This document shows positions 60,620-64,000 of a stretch of 64,000 nucleotides of DNA, piece by piece. Below the pieces are notes generated by a model. That model did not search any database. It was given only the letters and a program-made list of their open reading frames with translations, and was not told the DNA's origin. Numbering within the stretch: the first letter of the stretch is position 1; the number at the start of each line of letters is the position of its first letter. The position numbers and the translations under genes were made by a program. This DNA is from Deltaproteobacteria bacterium (lineage in GTDB: Bacteria; UBA10199; DSSB01; JACPFA01): positions 39,560 through 103,559 of the forward strand of contig JACPFA010000003.1 in NCBI GenBank assembly GCA_016183235.1, in the 5' to 3' direction.

Positions 60620-61106
60620 GCGGAGGCTTACCGTTACTTTTCAACCAAAGGGTATTTTCCGGACAAACATCGTTATTAAAAATATAATTGTTGGGCAAAC
60701 GGCCACAGTAATATTCAAGCCCGTCAAACATCTTTTCGGTATAAGGAACTGTACTGCTCGTTAAAGAAAGTCCGCTGACGTATTTTTCAAGGGCCAGGCT
60801 TGGAGGCAGATGATCTTTAAAAATAAGACCTTCCACACTATAATCCTGTGTCATTCGTTGGGCATGCCAAAGCCAGGTAAAAGGACCATTAGCACTCGAA
60901 TGCAAGCTATAATGAGCACGGGTCTCGAGTTTTTTGATGTGGCTAATAATCTCGCCCATGGCTTGGTATTCATCAAGGTTAACCCCATCGCTCTTGGCCA
61001 ATTCGAAGGTTGCAGTGATTTCTTCAGCACTAATTTTTTTACCATCGAGTGATTGATCACTTTGCCACGATTCAAGCCAACCCTGAGCTAATTTAGACAA
61101 TTCCAT
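60570..61106 (-). CDS. Hypothetical protein, possibly the 5' part of the same gene
   Basis: 178-aa ORF with ATG and AAGGAG upstream. Confidence 0.45.
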   Translation of the reverse strand: MELSKLAQGWLESWQSDQSLDGKKISAEEITATFELAKSDGVNLDEYQAMGEIISHIKKLETRAHYSLHSSANGPFTWLWHAQRMTQDYSVEGLIFKDHLPPSLALEKYVSGLSLTSSTVPYTEKMFDGLEYYCGRLPNNYIFNNDVCPENTLWLKSNGKPPLDLQVRGGPSRGGKPW

Positions 61107-61325
61107 CGTATTCTCCTTGCTACAAATCTTTAAGTCAGTTTGTGCATATAATGTGCCAATATTCTACATTTTATACAAATGTTAAGGGCTTAGAATCTAA
61201 AACTTTTTGGCCACGTTCCTAAAAATTTTAGGGTCTATTGGGGCCCCAGGCCCCCACTAAGGTAGCCCCCAATGGAGAACAAAGTCCTCTTTCCATTTTG
61301 CTCAATCGGTATTACTTTATTAAGT

Positions 61326-61649
61326 ATGGCACAAGAAGATCGCCCCCAAACCCAAGGTGACGCTGGGATTCTTACGGAGAAAAAAACCAAAACCCGTCGC
61401 CCCCCTATGTATAGGGTGATGCTCATTAACGATGACTACACCACCATGGATTTTGTGGTTTATATTTTAGAAACGGTGTTTGGAAAATCCAAAGAAGAAG
61501 CGCATCAACTCATGCTGCAGGTACATCAGTCGGGCATGGGAGTTTGTGGTATTTACAGTAAAGAAATTGCTGAAACCAAGGTACAAACGGTGATACATCT
61601 TGCTCGCAAAGAGGGTTTTCCGTTACAATGTGTTATGGAGCTTGCGTGA
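61326..61649 (+). CDS. clpS: ATP-dependent Clp protease adaptor ClpS
   Basis: PPMYRVMLINDDYTTMDFVVYILETVF. Confidence 0.9.
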   Translation: MAQEDRPQTQGDAGILTEKKTKTRRPPMYRVMLINDDYTTMDFVVYILETVFGKSKEEAHQLMLQVHQSGMGVCGIYSKEIAETKVQTVIHLARKEGFPLQCVMELA

Positions 61650-63904
61650 TTAGTACTGAATTACAAAGCTGTCTTAATTTCGCGTTTTCTAAAACCATGG
61701 AATTGACCCATGAGTATGTCACCTTAGAACATCTTCTCTATGCCCTCATTCAAAATTCTGAAGTGCGCAAAACACTCGAGGCCTTGGGTGGAGATTTGCA
61801 AATCTTACGGCGTAATTTAGAAGCGCATTTTGATACCCTGCCCGAAGTCAAATATCCTAAAGCCGATGGTAAAGTCCCAACCACCTTAGCCGTGCAACGA
61901 GTGATTCAGCGAGCGGCCTTTGATGTGCAAGCCGCCGGCAAAAATGAAATCTTGCCCACCCATGTGTTGGTGGCACTTTTTAATGAAAAAGAAAGTTATG
62001 CCACTTACTTTTTACAAAAACAGGATATTACTCGCATTGATATCGTGAGCTATCTGTCACATGGTATCCACAAACTCCCCAGCGCTAATTTTGAAGAACC
62101 TCTTCCTTTAGAAGAAGGTGAAAGTTCTAAAACCAACCTGCAAGGTTTTATTTTAAATCTCAATGAACGGGCCAAGCGCGGCAAGATTGACCCGCTCATT
62201 GGCCGGGAACGTGAACTCGATCGAGTCGTTCACATTTTGTGCCGACGCCGCAAAAACAATCCTTTGCTGGTGGGCGATGCCGGGGTTGGCAAAACCGCTA
62301 TTGTCGAAGGATTGGCGCTTAAAATTGTAAAAAAAGAAGTGCCAGAACCGATTCGAGCCCTCACGATTTATGCGCTCGATATGGGGGCATTATTAGCGGG
62401 CACTAAATTTCGGGGTGATTTTGAACTGCGTTTAAAATCGGTATTACAAAAATTAAGCAACGACCCGCATGCGGTTTTATTTATTGATGAAATTCATACC
62501 GTGATTGGGGCTGGCGCCACCACGGGCGGCTCCCTCGATGCTAGCAATTTACTGAAACCTGCGCTTAACGCGGGCGATTTACGCTGTATTGGCGCTACGA
62601 CCTATAAAGAATTTCGCAATTATTTTGAAAAAGATCATGCGCTAGCTCGCCGTTTTCAAAGGGTTGATATTAATGAACCTTCATTAGAAGAAACTTATCA
62701 AATCATCATCGGTCTCAAATCCCAATTTGAAAAATTTCATAACGTTGAATATCCCGCAGAAGCACTCAAAAGTGCGGTCGATCTGTCGTCAAAATATCTT
62801 CATGAAAAGAAATTGCCCGACAAAGCTATTGACGTGATCGATGAAGTAGGCGCGCAGTTGCGCTTGAATGCTACCGATACCACGGTTCGCCAAGTAACCG
62901 TAAGAGACATTGAAGAAATGGTTGCGAAAATCGCCTGTGTTCCTCCGCGCACGGTTTCAAGTTCTGACAAGGAACAACTTAAAAATTTAGAATCTAACAT
63001 TAAATTAACCTTGTTTGGCCAAGAACAAGCCATTGAAAAAGTCGCTAGTACGCTTAAACTTTCTCGCGCTGGGCTGGGCAATAACAACCGCCCGATTGGC
63101 AATTTTCTTTTTGCCGGGCCCACTGGGGTTGGCAAAACCGAATTGGCTAAAGAATTGGCCCGCGTGTTGGGGATTGAGTTTATTCGTTTTGACATGAGTG
63201 AATATATGGAAAAACACACGGTGAGCCGGCTTATTGGCGCACCGCCCGGCTACGTTGGTTTTGACCAAGGCGGCCTTTTGACCGATGCCATTCACAAAAC
63301 ACCCCATGCAGTTTTATTACTCGACGAAATCGAAAAGGCTCATCCCGATCTTTTTAATATTCTCTTGCAAGTGATGGACTATGGCACTCTTACCGACAAC
63401 AACGGTCGTAAATCTGATTTTAAAAATGTGATTTTAATTATGACCACCAATGCAGGGGCGCGGGAAATTCAAAGACCCTCTATTGGTATTCATCAAACCA
63501 CCGTGTATGGCTCCCCGCAGCAAGAAATCGATCGAATTTTCAGCCCCGAATTTCGCAATCGCTTGGATGCTACGGTGCATTTTAATTCTCTCGATGAAAC
63601 GGCCATTTTAAAAGTGGTCGACAAATTTATGGCAAGGCTCGAAAATCAATTGGCTGAAAAAAAGGTTTTACTCACCATCACCGATACGGCACGTCATTAT
63701 TTGGCCAAGTATGGCTACGACCCAAAAAATGGGGCCCGGCCCATGGAAAAGCTTATTCAAGATAAAATTGCAAGAATCTTGGCTGATGAAGTGTTGTTTG
63801 GAAAATTAGAAAAAGGCGGGGTGGTCGAACTCGACTGCAAAGATGATCAACTCGATTTTCAGTACCAAGCCAAATCCAAAAAGCCTGAAGAAATAAAGGC
63901 ATAA
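61646..63904 (+). CDS. clpA: ATP-dependent Clp protease ATP-binding subunit ClpA
   Basis: GTG start overlapping the clpS TGA (GTGA). VISTELQ.., GDAGVGKTA and GPTGVGKTE Walker A motifs. Confidence 0.95.
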   Translation: MISTELQSCLNFAFSKTMELTHEYVTLEHLLYALIQNSEVRKTLEALGGDLQILRRNLEAHFDTLPEVKYPKADGKVPTTLAVQRVIQRAAFDVQAAGKNEILPTHVLVALFNEKESYATYFLQKQDITRIDIVSYLSHGIHKLPSANFEEPLPLEEGESSKTNLQGFILNLNERAKRGKIDPLIGRERELDRVVHILCRRRKNNPLLVGDAGVGKTAIVEGLALKIVKKEVPEPIRALTIYALDMGALLAGTKFRGDFELRLKSVLQKLSNDPHAVLFIDEIHTVIGAGATTGGSLDASNLLKPALNAGDLRCIGATTYKEFRNYFEKDHALARRFQRVDINEPSLEETYQIIIGLKSQFEKFHNVEYPAEALKSAVDLSSKYLHEKKLPDKAIDVIDEVGAQLRLNATDTTVRQVTVRDIEEMVAKIACVPPRTVSSSDKEQLKNLESNIKLTLFGQEQAIEKVASTLKLSRAGLGNNNRPIGNFLFAGPTGVGKTELAKELARVLGIEFIRFDMSEYMEKHTVSRLIGAPPGYVGFDQGGLLTDAIHKTPHAVLLLDEIEKAHPDLFNILLQVMDYGTLTDNNGRKSDFKNVILIMTTNAGAREIQRPSIGIHQTTVYGSPQQEIDRIFSPEFRNRLDATVHFNSLDETAILKVVDKFMARLENQLAEKKVLLTITDTARHYLAKYGYDPKNGARPMEKLIQDKIARILADEVLFGKLEKGGVVELDCKDDQLDFQYQAKSKKPEEIKA

Positions 63905-63940
63905 ATAGAAGAAAAATAGTGCTTAAGGTCTGTGTTGTTT

Positions 63941-64000
63941 CAAACCCGCGCCCGGTCGGCCTACTCGGGCTAAAAAATTTTTTGTTTTTGGTTGAATTAG
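63941..64000. repeat. E-type element, left part, truncated by the window end
   Basis: CAAACCCGCGCCCGGTCGGCCTACTCGGGCTAAAAAATTTTTTGTTTTTGGTTGAATTAG matches the reverse complement of 53860-53920. Confidence 0.8.

Overview
This is a 64-kb chromosomal segment from a Gram-negative-type bacterium. The evidence for that is a TonB-dependent receptor, a LolA-like/LolCDE-like export set, outer-membrane barrels, ClpS-ClpA and the hopanoid genes hpnCDE. The sequence is moderately AT-rich and I cannot assign a taxon. It holds about 69 tightly packed CDS, many with 4-nt ATGA stop/start overlaps. I saw no rRNA, tRNA or CRISPR array.

The housekeeping content is:
- an SDR, PTPS-family gene and PduO-type adenosyltransferase operon;
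- an ABC/FtsX/LolA-like/outer-membrane export set;
- a preQ0 cluster (queD, queC, a DUF366-like gene, queE) coupled to a dGTPase-like gene;
- a 2-oxo-acid dehydrogenase E1alpha-E1beta-E2-lipA operon;
- a peptidoglycan-recycling trio (ldcA, a serine hydrolase, mpl);
- a TonB-receptor/HmuY-like operon preceded by a Fur-box-like site;
- ygfZ, hpnCDE, an ABC-2 exporter, prmC, murA, hisD, DAHP synthase, Nfu, a deoxyhypusine-synthase-like gene and clpS-clpA.

The accessory content is a Phd/RelE-type toxin-antitoxin pair, two AAA+ ATPases with a PD-(D/E)xK-like tail (DUF4143-like), a Fic protein, a small GIY-YIG nuclease and several orphan proteins, one with an HExxH motif.

The dominant signal not explained by genes is a heavy load of palindromic REP/MITE-like elements, at more than 30 loci in at least 8 families. 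They fill intercistronic spacers and donate C-terminal tails and stop codons to many genes. They are also inserted in frame inside mpl, ygfZ and prmC.

Candidates for an undescribed system, in order:
1. The GIY-YIG gene lies exactly between two inverted arms of the most abundant repeat family, an architecture like REP/RAYT or MITE/parent.
2. A translationally coupled ATPase, divergent QueC-like protein, [2Fe-2S] ferredoxin and membrane protein form an operon. It is distinct from the canonical que cluster and could be a Qat-like or 7-deazaguanine-related module.
3. A 2.3-kb islet is bracketed by 141-bp perfect direct repeats made from the 3' end of a thioredoxin-fold gene.

All functional calls come from motifs read by eye. 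No database search was run.
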